From a bacterium (GTDB lineage: Bacteria > Cyanobacteriota > Vampirovibrionia > Gastranaerophilales > JBAXKC01): DNA of 64,000 nt. The stretch lies in assembly GCA_037137535.1 (NCBI GenBank), contig JBAXKC010000005.1, positions 1 through 64,000 of the forward strand. The letters are read 5' to 3'. Below the pieces are notes generated by a model, which was not told the origin of the DNA, made no database searches, and saw only the letters and a program-made list of their open reading frames with translations. Both the position numbers and the translations under genes were made by a program. Of this stretch, positions 1-10,400 are shown in pieces (the stretch's first letter is position 1; the number at the start of each line of letters is the position of its first letter).

Positions 1-2
1 AG

Positions 3-221
3 AAAAATCAGGATGTTTATTTTTTATACTTTTCAGGTACTTTGCGTAACTCCTGATATAATATTGCCGAAAAAGCTTATTTGACAATTATTGACCTAGC
101 TATACCAAAAATCAAAGGTTCGGATTTTAGGAATTTATTATTACATCTATTAGATTTTTGTGAAAAAAGAGATATTAAAGTAAATTCATCTAAAGTGGTT
201 AAATTTTTAGAAAGTTTGTAG
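3..221 (+). pseudogene. 3' fragment of a coding region entering from the left edge, interrupted by an in-frame TGA at 54-56
   Basis: Frame from base 3 reads KNQDVYFLYFSGTLRNS*YNIAEKAYLTIIDLAIPKIKGSDFRNLLLHLLDFCEKRDIKVNSSKVVKFLESL* (TAG 219-221) and looks protein-like on both sides of the stop. Confidence 0.35.
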
Positions 222-433
222 GGTGGGTTTTAACCCACTCTATTACTATTATTAAATTTATAATTGACGAAGATAAATATGGTAATAAATGTCATTTTAT
301 AAAAGATATCAACGAGAACATTGACCGCCTAAAAGTAACGGGTATTCTCGATGATAACAATATTATGAACAATCAGTTCAAAGCTAGTGAGCAAATCTAA
401 CAGTTTATGGACATGGTTTAAACCCTACCCTAT
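218..433. repeat. Inverted pair of degenerate GTAG-type REP-like palindromes (REPIN/MITE-like)
   Basis: GTAGGGTGGGTTTTAACCCAC at 218-238; imperfect inverted copy TGGTTTAAACCCTACCCTAT at 414-433. Confidence 0.45.
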
Positions 434-465
434 AAATTAATAATACGATTAGAAAATAGCTAAAA

Positions 466-936
466 CTATTTTGACCAAGCACTTTTTAATCCATCCCAAT
501 CATCTTTGCTTTTACATATTGCCACTTTACAATAATCATTCTGAGAACTTGCCTGTGATTCAATAACAATTAACTTACCACCCATTCTCTCAACAATAGA
601 TCTATCAAATTGCATTAAAGTGTAACATGCCTCTAAATTGCCAGTACCTCTTAATGGACAGTGAACATGTATTTCCCCTATTGCAACTGTATCGGACAGA
701 TAAGTAATAGGGAACTTTTCTTTTGGTTTTGGCATCTGCTCCGTCCATCCGCCTGCTATTTTTTCTAAGCTGTCTTTAGGAGAGCTACTGTGTATTTTAC
801 TAACTATTATTCCTAAAACATTCATACAGTAAAGAGTAAAATGACGAGATGGCGAGAATTTTGCGAGTGCAGAAAATAACCATAAAACAGTCATAAACAC
901 AGGCATATTGTATATTTTCTTTAAAAATGATTTCAT
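466..936 (-). CDS. Hypothetical protein with hydrophobic N-terminal region and His/Cys motif (HVHCP...C...C), possibly V4R-like metal-binding fold
   Basis: 156 aa ORF; AAAGGA RBS upstream; motifs EIHVHCPL, EACYTLM, YCKVAI. Confidence 0.55.
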   Translation of the reverse strand: MKSFLKKIYNMPVFMTVLWLFSALAKFSPSRHFTLYCMNVLGIIVSKIHSSSPKDSLEKIAGGWTEQMPKPKEKFPITYLSDTVAIGEIHVHCPLRGTGNLEACYTLMQFDRSIVERMGGKLIVIESQASSQNDYCKVAICKSKDDWDGLKSAWSK

Positions 937-1053
937 TTATTGTTCCTTTTAAGCTGAAATTATACCAGATTGAATTATTAATTATAATATCGCCATAAAT
1001 GCCACTAGTAAAGGCTTAATCTATTGATGAAGTCTTAATTGTTTCTATGTTTA

Positions 1054-1069
1054 CAGGGTTTAAACCCTG
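1054..1069. repeat. Perfect 16-bp palindrome CAGGGTTTAAACCCTG between divergent genes
   Basis: Read directly; shares the TTTAAACCCT core with 417-426 and 50199-50208. Confidence 0.5.
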
Positions 1070-1242
1070 CTTTTTAAATTAAAGGTTATTCCTGAAATTA
1101 TTGATTCTGTTAGCTGTCAAGGTTATTGTAATATTTACACAATAGATTTTATATTTATTATTATAAATTAGCAATTTTTATAGACTTTTATTTTTATCAT
1201 TATATCATCCCCATAGAGTAATAATAACTAAAGGATAACCTT

Positions 1243-2808
1243 ATGTTGGATATTCAAAGAAATAATTTTAATGTAATAACAAATAATAAAACTAAGCCAA
1301 TAATTAGCAAAAGTAATAATGTAAATACAATAAATTCTTCATACAAGAGTTCATTAGTTCCTTTAAACACCCTCAAAGCATATAACATGTCTGTCTTTAA
1401 AGGAGCCGTTGTTAAGAATGATAAGCAAGTGGAAGAAACAGAAAAAGCTTTAAATCATATTATTGCAGATAATTTTTTTTATTGTCAGGATGGTAAAATT
1501 CCGCATGCAAGCCTGATGGAATTAGTAATGAAAGGAATTGAACCAAAAATTCAAGTAACTCCTGTAAATACCTATGAATTAACAGAACAACTCCCATATA
1601 AAGGTATTTACTTTAACTTCTATGACAAGGTAATAGAAGAAATAGAAAAAAAAATCGAAACAGGTCATAAGTTCGGTTCGGTTTGTATTTCAACAGTAGG
1701 CTGTGAATTAAGTTTCGAAGAGTTTGGAAAATTTATTGGTATAGACGAAATCAACAATGAAAATAGAGGTGTTTTAAAATACAAAGATAAAATACTTGAA
1801 AAATTAAAGCAATCTCACGAATTATACCTTAATGAAGGTGTTCAAAATAAAATTAACAACATTGAAAATACTGCAATAAAAGAACTCTTCAATGAATTAA
1901 TAGATATTGAGGAAGTGAAAAAGAATGGTTATTTATATGATAGATTATTGGAAAATTTAGATAATAATCAAGAATATCAAAAATTAAATGAAATAAGATT
2001 AAAATCAAGAATTTTTGAAAATATACAAAAATTTAACGAATTATCAAAAAAAGTACCTGTGTATTTTGCGGCAGGCAATAGTGGACCTGATTACTTTGAC
2101 TTATATTCTCTATCTAATGTTATTTCTATGGGTGTATTAGATAATTCAGGGCAAGAAGCGGCTTATTCTGCTTCTAATGACTTAATTTCCGAATTTGATT
2201 CAGTAAATATTAGTGTTTATACCTGTATGAATAAAGACGGAAGCATAGGGCTATCAAATAGCAAAAACAACACGCCAATATTATCTATACCTGAACATTC
2301 TCGATTAACAAAGAACATAAATGCTGAATATAGCAGTAAGTTTTATGGTAAATCTCCAACTTCTCATATTAGTAGTGCTGAAACTATTAATATATTAAAA
2401 AATATTTGTTCAAACAATAAACGAGATTTATATACAAATCTTATAGATTCTGATTTTTTTGATAAACATCCTGAAATTAACGAAAAATTAATTAATATAA
2501 GCGACTACATGGCACTTGAACATAAAAACATTGATGAAATTGATTCTAATGCTAAATATGTTTTATGCATTGATGTTGCAAAAGATTCTGTAGTTAAAAC
2601 AAAAAGGATGAGACAAACAATTTTGATGGGACAAGCTGGTAAGGAGTTGCGTAAATTTATCTTTTTAGGAGTTGATAAAGAAAATAAACTTTATTTTCTT
2701 CCTAACAGCAAATGTATAGAAAACATTGAGGGCGGAACTTCTTTCGTTGGGCCAAAACGTGCTGCCATAAAAGCAAAAGAAATATTGAATAAAGACCATA
2801 TCATTTGA
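1243..2808 (+). CDS. Divergent S8 (subtilisin-like) serine peptidase
   Basis: Ordered motifs IIADN (Asp), PHASLM (His), FAAGNSG (oxyanion Asn), GGTSFVGP (Ser); no classical signal peptide. Confidence 0.65.
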   Translation: MLDIQRNNFNVITNNKTKPIISKSNNVNTINSSYKSSLVPLNTLKAYNMSVFKGAVVKNDKQVEETEKALNHIIADNFFYCQDGKIPHASLMELVMKGIEPKIQVTPVNTYELTEQLPYKGIYFNFYDKVIEEIEKKIETGHKFGSVCISTVGCELSFEEFGKFIGIDEINNENRGVLKYKDKILEKLKQSHELYLNEGVQNKINNIENTAIKELFNELIDIEEVKKNGYLYDRLLENLDNNQEYQKLNEIRLKSRIFENIQKFNELSKKVPVYFAAGNSGPDYFDLYSLSNVISMGVLDNSGQEAAYSASNDLISEFDSVNISVYTCMNKDGSIGLSNSKNNTPILSIPEHSRLTKNINAEYSSKFYGKSPTSHISSAETINILKNICSNNKRDLYTNLIDSDFFDKHPEINEKLINISDYMALEHKNIDEIDSNAKYVLCIDVAKDSVVKTKRMRQTILMGQAGKELRKFIFLGVDKENKLYFLPNSKCIENIEGGTSFVGPKRAAIKAKEILNKDHII

Positions 2809-2959
2809 ATAAAAAATGAACCGACTTTTATTTAATAGACTTTGTATGTTTTTAGGCTGGGTTATACTATAAAAGCCTGTAATATAAGACAATTTTGCTG
2901 TATTTATTGAAACGAATTATTGCAAAAAATATTTTTCAAAAAAAAATAACAAAAAGTAG

Positions 2960-2988
2960 TTGCATTTAAAAAATCAGCGTTTTATAAT
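2960..2988 (+). promoter_or_regulatory. sigma-70-type promoter of tRNA-Asp
   Basis: TTGCAT (2960-2965), 17 bp, TATAAT (2983-2988); A-rich upstream tract; 14 nt before the tRNA. Confidence 0.75.
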
Positions 2989-3002
2989 AAGTACATAGCC
3001 AA

Positions 3003-3076
<74 letters not shown>

Positions 3077-3108
3077 TTTTTTAAAAACTAATCATTGAAT
3101 TGAAATAT

Positions 3109-3142
3109 AAAAGTGAAAGACCGCAAGGAATTTCACTTTTTT
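3109..3142 (+). terminator. Intrinsic terminator after the tRNA
   Basis: AAAAGTGAAA...TTTCACTTTT stem followed by Ts. Confidence 0.6.
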
Positions 3143-3405
3143 CATTTTCCAGCTTTGGCACAACAAATAAAACTACTTTACCTGTATATATAATTATTAT
3201 TAAATATTTATTGTATATATTAATTGACCAATAATTATTTTTTCTAAAAGAACTCTACTTCTTTATATATAAAAAAATTAATTCGTTTACTTAATACGAA
3301 TGATTACTTTTTTCTATAAAAATAGTACAATTGGCTTAATTATTTGTGATTTTAGGATTGTTAATAGTTGAAAAAAACTAAAACTATATTTGAGAGGTAA
3401 ATTGA

Positions 3406-4740
3406 ATGAAACTTCATTGGCAAATCCTTGTAGCGCTCGGGCTTGGCGCTAAACGAAATTGGCCCATCTTTATAGCACTTTTGGCGGGTGTTCTTGTCGG
3501 AGCATTCTTTCCAATTTTGGGAGCAGAGACTTCACCTTTTTATAAAGGTTTATGGGTCGTAGGTCAAATCTTTATCAGGCTTATTCAAATGGTTGTAATT
3601 CCACTTGTAGTAAGTGCGATTGTTGTTGGTATTGCCAGCCTTGGTGACAGTAAGCAATTAGGCAAGATAGGCTTAAAAATGGTAATTTATTATTTCTTGA
3701 TTACCGTTACAGCTGTTTCAATCGGTGCGGTTCTTGCTTCATTATTCCACCCTGGTACATTTGCTCAAGGTTTAATTAATCCTGATGTTGCTAAAACCGT
3801 TCAGGATAAGTTCCTTAGTTATCATCCAAGTCAACTTCAATTAGCTAAATTGTACTTAGACTTTATCCCGAGCAATCCTTTTACGGCTCTTGCTTCACCT
3901 AATTTCCAGCTTATACCTGTTATATTATTTGTTATCATATTTGGTTCAGCATTAGCTTTCATTGGAGAAATCAACAGACCTGTTGTTTCTTTCTTTGAGT
4001 CAGTTTTTGCTGCAACTATGAAAGTTACCGATTGGGTAATGATTCTTGCAGCTCCAGGTATTTTCTCATTAACAGCTTATACCGTTGCAAAAGCCGGCCC
4101 TGGTGTTTTTGAAAAACTTTCTTTCTATATGGCAACTTTAGGAATAGGTCTTGCTATTCAATTATTTGTGACATATCCGCTTATGCTCAGAATCTTTAGT
4201 AAAGTAAACTTTGTTTCACTTATTAAAGCTGTTGCTGAAGCCATGATGGTTGCTTTTGGTACTGCAAGCAGTTCTGCTACTTTACCGGTTACAATTGCTT
4301 GTTGCGAAAGAAGAGCCGGAATTTCAAACAAAATTTGCAGCTTTGTTCTACCATTAGGTGCAACTATGAATATGGATGCTACTGCTATGTTCCAAGTTAT
4401 TGCAGTTCTATTTTTAACTCAAGCATACGGTATTCATTTAGGACCTGCTAAGGTGATAATGGTTGCTATTCTTGCAATGGTTGCTTCCAGTACGGCTGCT
4501 GGTATTCCTAGCGGTGGATGGATTACACTTGCTTTGATTTTAAGTGGTATTGGTCTTTCAGTAGAACAAGTAGCACAAGGTTTTACAATTATATTTGTTG
4601 TTGACAGAATCCTTGATATGTTTAGAACTGTAATAAACGTAACCAGCGATACTGTTGTAGCTGCTATAATTGCAGATAACGAAGGCGAACTTGATCACGA
4701 ATTGCTTGGTAATCAAGAAGTTTGGAAAGAAGTAGTTTAA
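3406..4740 (+). CDS. Dicarboxylate/amino acid:cation symporter (GltP/GltPh, DAACS family)
   Basis: Signature motifs FGTASSSATLP, PLGATMNMDAT, DRILDMFRTVINVTSD; many TM segments. Confidence 0.93.
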   Translation: MKLHWQILVALGLGAKRNWPIFIALLAGVLVGAFFPILGAETSPFYKGLWVVGQIFIRLIQMVVIPLVVSAIVVGIASLGDSKQLGKIGLKMVIYYFLITVTAVSIGAVLASLFHPGTFAQGLINPDVAKTVQDKFLSYHPSQLQLAKLYLDFIPSNPFTALASPNFQLIPVILFVIIFGSALAFIGEINRPVVSFFESVFAATMKVTDWVMILAAPGIFSLTAYTVAKAGPGVFEKLSFYMATLGIGLAIQLFVTYPLMLRIFSKVNFVSLIKAVAEAMMVAFGTASSSATLPVTIACCERRAGISNKICSFVLPLGATMNMDATAMFQVIAVLFLTQAYGIHLGPAKVIMVAILAMVASSTAAGIPSGGWITLALILSGIGLSVEQVAQGFTIIFVVDRILDMFRTVINVTSDTVVAAIIADNEGELDHELLGNQEVWKEVV

Positions 4741-4762
4741 TACTAATTAAATTGAAAATTAT

Positions 4763-4800
4763 AAAAGAGCGGTTAAAATTAAAAATTTACCGCTCTTTTT
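4763..4800 (+). terminator. Intrinsic terminator
   Basis: AAAAGAGCGGT...ACCGCTCTTTTT. Confidence 0.75.
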
Positions 4801-4835
4801 ATTGCAAAATTTTACTAAAAGGGTAAAATTAGTAA

Positions 4836-5588
4836 ATGACAACTATAAAAGAGTTATTAAATAGACCTGAACGATTTATTGCAATATGGGGATACCCAGA
4901 GCCGACTGTGTTAAATGAAGTTCAGCAGAAATACCCAAATCATTATTTTATTGATTTAGACATCAATTATAATGCGATTTCTACAGGAATAATTCCAGAG
5001 GCTTACTGTAAAATAATTAAAAATTTAATTAATAACTCATTTGCTCTTAGAGATAAAATTGATCTGATAGTTGCGTCAACAGGCGAAGAAAAATGTGATT
5101 CAGGTAGGTTTGCATATAAAATATTAAAAGATACAGGTTTTAATATTATTTCAACAACTTTTACCGAATATGAAGATATTCCTCATCAAACACCAATTTC
5201 CGAAAGCACTTTGCCTTTAAAAGATAAAATTATTACAATTATGGATAATATTTTATTAAAAAATACTTATAATTTGGAGAAATCCAACGCTAAGTTTGGT
5301 TTTTGGGGTGTTCCTCCTAATGATTTGTCAATTTTAGACTTATTCCCTAATGAAACCCATGTTTTTGGTTGGACAAGATGCGTAGAAGCTAAAAGACCTG
5401 CTGATCTTGATATTGAGCTTATGGTCAATCCCGAGATACCCACTGTTTTTTTCTCTCAGACGTTTTGTGCAAAAATGCAATTAGCAAAGTATCTTGCGGA
5501 TAAATATAATGGTTTATATGTAGATGCTGATGATATAGCCTCTAATTCCGTAAAAGCCAAAATCGAAGCATTTTTAAGGTTAAGGTAA
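4836..5588 (+). CDS. Short Cys-containing protein resembling 2-hydroxyacyl-CoA dehydratase (HgdAB/FldBC-type) subunits
   Basis: Motifs EAYCKII, GEEKCDSG, WTRCVE, QTFCAK and C-terminal KIEAFL; one base from an activator ATPase gene. Confidence 0.5.
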   Translation: MTTIKELLNRPERFIAIWGYPEPTVLNEVQQKYPNHYFIDLDINYNAISTGIIPEAYCKIIKNLINNSFALRDKIDLIVASTGEEKCDSGRFAYKILKDTGFNIISTTFTEYEDIPHQTPISESTLPLKDKIITIMDNILLKNTYNLEKSNAKFGFWGVPPNDLSILDLFPNETHVFGWTRCVEAKRPADLDIELMVNPEIPTVFFSQTFCAKMQLAKYLADKYNGLYVDADDIASNSVKAKIEAFLRLR

Positions 5589-5589
5589 T

Positions 5590-6339
5590 ATGCCAAAGTT
5601 GATTGTTGATGCAGGTACAACCTGGACAAAATTATTTGAATTATTTGAAGTTAATGAGGATTTTTCTTTAAATCCTTTACTTATCGATTTTTCTTTTAAC
5701 CTTGAAAATTATCAATTTAAAGATATTAATGAAAATATGATTTTGGGAAATATTTATATATTTCCATCAAGAGAGATAAATAAATTATCAATTGATTTTG
5801 ACGCTGCTACGGGGCATATGGCAAAGAGTAAAATAAAAGCTGAAGGCAAGTATGAAAATGAAATAATAGCTCTTGCTTGCGGCTCAAAAAAGCTTATAAA
5901 TAACCTTGACGATGCAACGATAATTGATATCGGAAGCAGAGACATAAAGTGGATTAAATTTAAAGACGGTAAATATAAAGATTTAGATTGGAATGGAGCT
6001 TGTGGCAGTGCAACAGGAGCAACTCTTGAGATGCTTTGCAAGTTTTATAATATTAATCCGTTAAATTTGGTTGAAAATAAAGATAAAATCCCTCTTACTT
6101 GCGGTGTTTTCGGTATGGAAAAAATTATGGACTTAATTGCAAATGGAGCTCAGCCTTCTGATGCAATTGCTATGTTTATCCATGGATTGGCTTTTAATAC
6201 TTGGAACTTCGCAAAAAATCCCGAGAAAATCTATCTCTCGGGAGGATTTTGTGAAAATGAATGTTTTATAAAATCGTTGAGTTTTTATTGTGAAGTTATA
6301 AAACTAGGTCGATTTGCTCTTCTTGAAGGTCTTTATTAG
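5590..6339 (+). CDS. BadF/BadG/BcrA/BcrD-type ATPase (CoA-substrate-specific enzyme activator, ASKHA fold)
   Basis: IVDAGTTWTK, ATGH, IIDIGSRDIK, WNGACGSATG, LTCGVFG, LSGG motifs, including the two cluster-type Cys. Confidence 0.85.
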   Translation: MPKLIVDAGTTWTKLFELFEVNEDFSLNPLLIDFSFNLENYQFKDINENMILGNIYIFPSREINKLSIDFDAATGHMAKSKIKAEGKYENEIIALACGSKKLINNLDDATIIDIGSRDIKWIKFKDGKYKDLDWNGACGSATGATLEMLCKFYNINPLNLVENKDKIPLTCGVFGMEKIMDLIANGAQPSDAIAMFIHGLAFNTWNFAKNPEKIYLSGGFCENECFIKSLSFYCEVIKLGRFALLEGLY

Positions 6340-7010
6340 GCAAGTATGCCTTTTGTATTTTCAATTGATTCAGAATTAAAAGAATATAATCTTGCAGGTC
6401 TTTTAGAAGAGAGTTTTGTAAACTCTTCAAGTTCATTAAGAATTCCTAATGAAATCATTTTCTTTCTAAAATTACGCTTATCCATTTCTTTATCAAGAAT
6501 TAATTCATAAGTTTTCTGAAGCTCTGTTAAAGTAAATTTATCAGGCAATAACTGGAATGCAACAGGTGTATATTCCAGTCTGTCCCTTAATTTTCTAAGA
6601 GCATAATCAATAATATCTTTGTGGTCAAACGCTAAAGGCGGCATATTGTAGACTGAATGCCAAGCAACATCTTTTGTGTCTATATCAGAATCAGCAAGTT
6701 TAATAAGATCTGCTCTAATTAGTGCAAAATAAGATACTGTGATTACCCTTGCATTTGGATAACGGTCAGGGTCGCCGAAGGTGTAAAGCTGTTCAAGATA
6801 AACATCTTTTACATGTGTTTTCTCTAATAAAACCCTTTTTGCCGCTTCGTCAAGATTTTCAGATAATCTGATAAATCCTCCCGGAATCGCCCATTTTTCT
6901 TTGTAAGGCTCACGTCCTCTTTGAATTAAAAGAACTTCCAGTTTTTTCTTTCTAATGGTAAAAATCACTATGTCTACCGTGACTTCATGCGTTTTAGTTT
7001 CTTGAACCAT
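6336..7010 (-). CDS. NrtR-like Nudix hydrolase with C-terminal winged helix
   Basis: WAIPGGFI Nudix region, LEQLYTFGDPDR, LAFDH, FTLTELQ..YE, DKRNFRKK, RPARLYSF. Confidence 0.88.
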   Translation of the reverse strand: MVQETKTHEVTVDIVIFTIRKKKLEVLLIQRGREPYKEKWAIPGGFIRLSENLDEAAKRVLLEKTHVKDVYLEQLYTFGDPDRYPNARVITVSYFALIRADLIKLADSDIDTKDVAWHSVYNMPPLAFDHKDIIDYALRKLRDRLEYTPVAFQLLPDKFTLTELQKTYELILDKEMDKRNFRKKMISLGILNELEEFTKLSSKRPARLYSFNSESIENTKGILA

Positions 7011-7195
7011 GTTGCACTTTCATCAATAAATCTATCTAACTCTAAAGATTACTATAATTTCGGACTAGCAAAATTATAAACGAATACTCGACTGTTGTTA
7101 ATACATTATTTGTTCGGTAAGGACTTAATTTGCAATACTATATCTTTATTTTATTAATATTCTTTACAAAAGTATAATAAATGACCTAATAAAAT

Positions 7196-7223
7196 TAAAG
7201 TAATTCATTTGTTTAGACGATAA
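7196..7223 (+). promoter_or_regulatory. Candidate sigma-28 (FliA/SigD)-type promoter upstream of the large GH13 gene
   Basis: TAAAG, 15 bp, GACGATAA; close to the TAAAG...GCCGATAA consensus. Confidence 0.5.
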
Positions 7224-7494
7224 ATAAAATAAGAGATGCTTTGTAAAAAATATTAATATTCTATCGATTATTGGTTGAACTGTGATGAAAGGAGAAGAGA
7301 GATATTTTGTGATGGGAATATTAACATGTATATTCAAATTTTATGTTTGTTTATAAAGCATGTGTAGATTTGTAAAATTTATATTTACATGTATGAAAAT
7401 TTAGGCAAGATTTTGTAATTTGAACTTTTATTTACATGTAGCCATGCAAATATAAATTATAGAGAGTATTAATTTATCAGAAGGGGCAACCAAA

Positions 7495-10400
7495 ATGGTA
7501 GATATTCAACAAAACAGACTAAAACTCAACTTAAACGGAGAGATGAAGCTTAACCAGAAGAGGGGAATCGAGAACAAACAAAAACCTGACAATGTAGCAT
7601 TTACCGGTCATCAATTAAAAATTAATGATAAAGGTAATAAAGAATTTCATTTTTACCTTCCTGTTGCGTCTGATAAAAAAGAAAATGCTAAACTTGTAGT
7701 TAAATTGGCTGAAGAACTTGCAAACGGTCAATATAAAATTATTAAAGATGTTGATTCTAAAGAACTCACTAAAGATGGTGGATTAAAATCTTGGGCTGTT
7801 GATGTTAAAGAAACCTTCGGCAAAGAAGAAAAATCTGCAAATAATAACAAATTAAGACTTCTTTATAAGTTTGAAGTTGATAACAATGAAGTTTTAGATA
7901 AAACTTTATCAACAAATGTTGACGGTCAAGATTTTAACGTGGCTACATTACATACCAGAGCTGTAATTGAAACTCCTCACAGTATGTATCATTTAATGCC
8001 TGATAACTTTAATCCTAAATTTGCAACTTATACAAAAGCAAATGCTGAGAAAGTAAATGCAGGTTCAGGTTTATATATTAGAAATAGCAATGGAACTTTC
8101 TTAAAAGTTGCTGATGAAAATGTAGCAAATTTAAAAGGTAAAGATACTCAATTTTATGTAAGAAACGAATCAAATCCAAAAATTGACAATAAAGAAAATT
8201 ATATTGATTATGCTGTCAGACAACACTACTTTAACAAGTTTGGCGGTACTCTTAAAGGCATAAGCGAAAAACTTGATTACTTGAAAGACTTTGGTGTTTC
8301 AAGAATTCTTAGTACACCTGTATTCGGTCAGGATCAGATATCTAACCATGGTTACTGGACCACAAACCCATACCAAATTACACAAACAGTTGGTACTCAT
8401 AACTCCTTTATGGATATAAATAAACAGTTATATACAAAAGGTATGGCTTGGGTAGCTGATGGTGCTTTCGTAAACGAAGGCTGGGAAGGTATACACATTA
8501 ATAACATCACTAAATGGGGCGATAAATCACCGTTCTTCCATTGGTTTGAAACATTTGATTTTCCAATGCACCCATTAAAAGCGGGCTTGCTTCCTGAAAA
8601 TGATGAAGCCTATAAAAATTGTGCAATAAAAGTAATCAATAGCCCTATTGATATTAAACTTAATTCAAAAGGCGAATATGAAGACAAAAAAGGTGAAGCT
8701 AATAAGAGCTATGACCCAACAAAGCCTACTTATATTCAACTTTTAGACAGAAGATTTGCAACAAAAGAACAAATGCAAAGCAATGAGCCTATCAGAAAAT
8801 ATGACAATATGGCTCCTGTTAATCCTGCAACTGGTGAAGCTATTGATCCTAACGAAGTTAAAACATGGAAAGATGGCGTTCAACCTGTATTAATGGAAGT
8901 TCCTGCTTCAGAAGTTAAAGAAAAATTCACAAAAGAAGATGGATTAGTTTCTATCTTAAGATCTGTTCTTGATTTAATTCCTGGTGATATTGGAACATTG
9001 ATTTTCGGTAAGCCAAAAGTAACACAACCATCTCTTGAAAAACTTAAACAATGGCAAGATGCTCATTTGGAAATTCAACAAGCTGATAAATCCGGTGGTA
9101 CCACTCTTTGGGTAGGGAATAAAGATATACATAAGCTTAGATTTATGTTGCCAAACGATAAAACAGCTGAATTAAGTAAAAAAGTAGGATTAGATACACT
9201 AAATAAATCAACTGCACAGGTTCAAGATTATATTCTTCAAGTAGGTAAATATTGGACTGATGAAGTTGATAAGACTATTACTCAATATACAGCTGATAAA
9301 ATTGGTGAGAAATTATCTAATGATGCTGATTATAAAGCGGCAGAAGCGATACAAACACCTGACAAAAAAGCAGAAGCAAAAGCAAAGGCTACTTTAAAGG
9401 TTATTAAGTCAATGGCAGATGATAAAACTCTTCCTGCTAAATTAAATACACAATTAAATGAAGCAATGCTTGTTAATTTCTTTAAAGATGAATATAATTT
9501 AAAACTGCCTAAAGCTGAAAACATTACAGATGGTTTAATGTCATATCCTCTTGACGCAATAGAGTTTCCAAGAGAAATTTGCGGAATTTTATCTACTCCT
9601 TTCATTAAAAAATTGGCTAATGATCATGATGAAACCTCTAAATCAAGATATCAGATAAGCACAAATCCTGAATTAATGAAAACTCGTAGCCCTATCTATA
9701 AGAAAATGGATAAGGTCTACTCTGAGGACATGAAAAATCGTACATTAAAGATATTAAATCAGTTACCTAAAGAGACTTTAGATAAACTTATCGACCCAAA
9801 AACAAAAGACATTAAAGATACCGATGAAGCTAAAATGGCGTTTAGAATTATTGCAGGTGATATTTCTAAATATATTACTGTTAAAGCTCTTACTAACCAC
9901 AAATTAGGTTTTGATGAGAAAAATCCTGATAAAGGTATTGATTTAACTCACGATGGCAGTAAGTTCTTATCAGCTGATATTGATGCACAAAAACCTGTTG
10001 ATAATCCTTACAAAGGTCTTCATGATGATTTTTATAAATATACAAAACTTATCACAACAACACCTGAGTCTGAAGCAGACAGCTTAGTTGATGCTTTAAA
10101 AACAGGTATTAATAATGATTCAAGATTTGGTGATTCTCAAGACTTTGCAAAATATCTTGAAGCAAAATTAAAAAATGTTATGGATAAAGATGTTCTTCCA
10201 CTTGCTAAACTTTGCGTAGACAGATCAGAATCAGGTCTTGAATGGCGTATTGACGCAGCGAAAGACGTTGCTGATATGGATAGTAAAATAGAAGGAAAAT
10301 CAAAACTTGAAGATTTAGCAGTTGGCACAGCTAAGTTTTGGAAAAAGTTTAATGAAACAGTAAGAGATATTAACCCAAGAGCTTATACTATCGGTGAAGT

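Noticed and set aside
2665-2892. 75 aa minus-strand ORF
   Set aside because: Mostly antisense to the catalytic end of the subtilase; no recognisable motif
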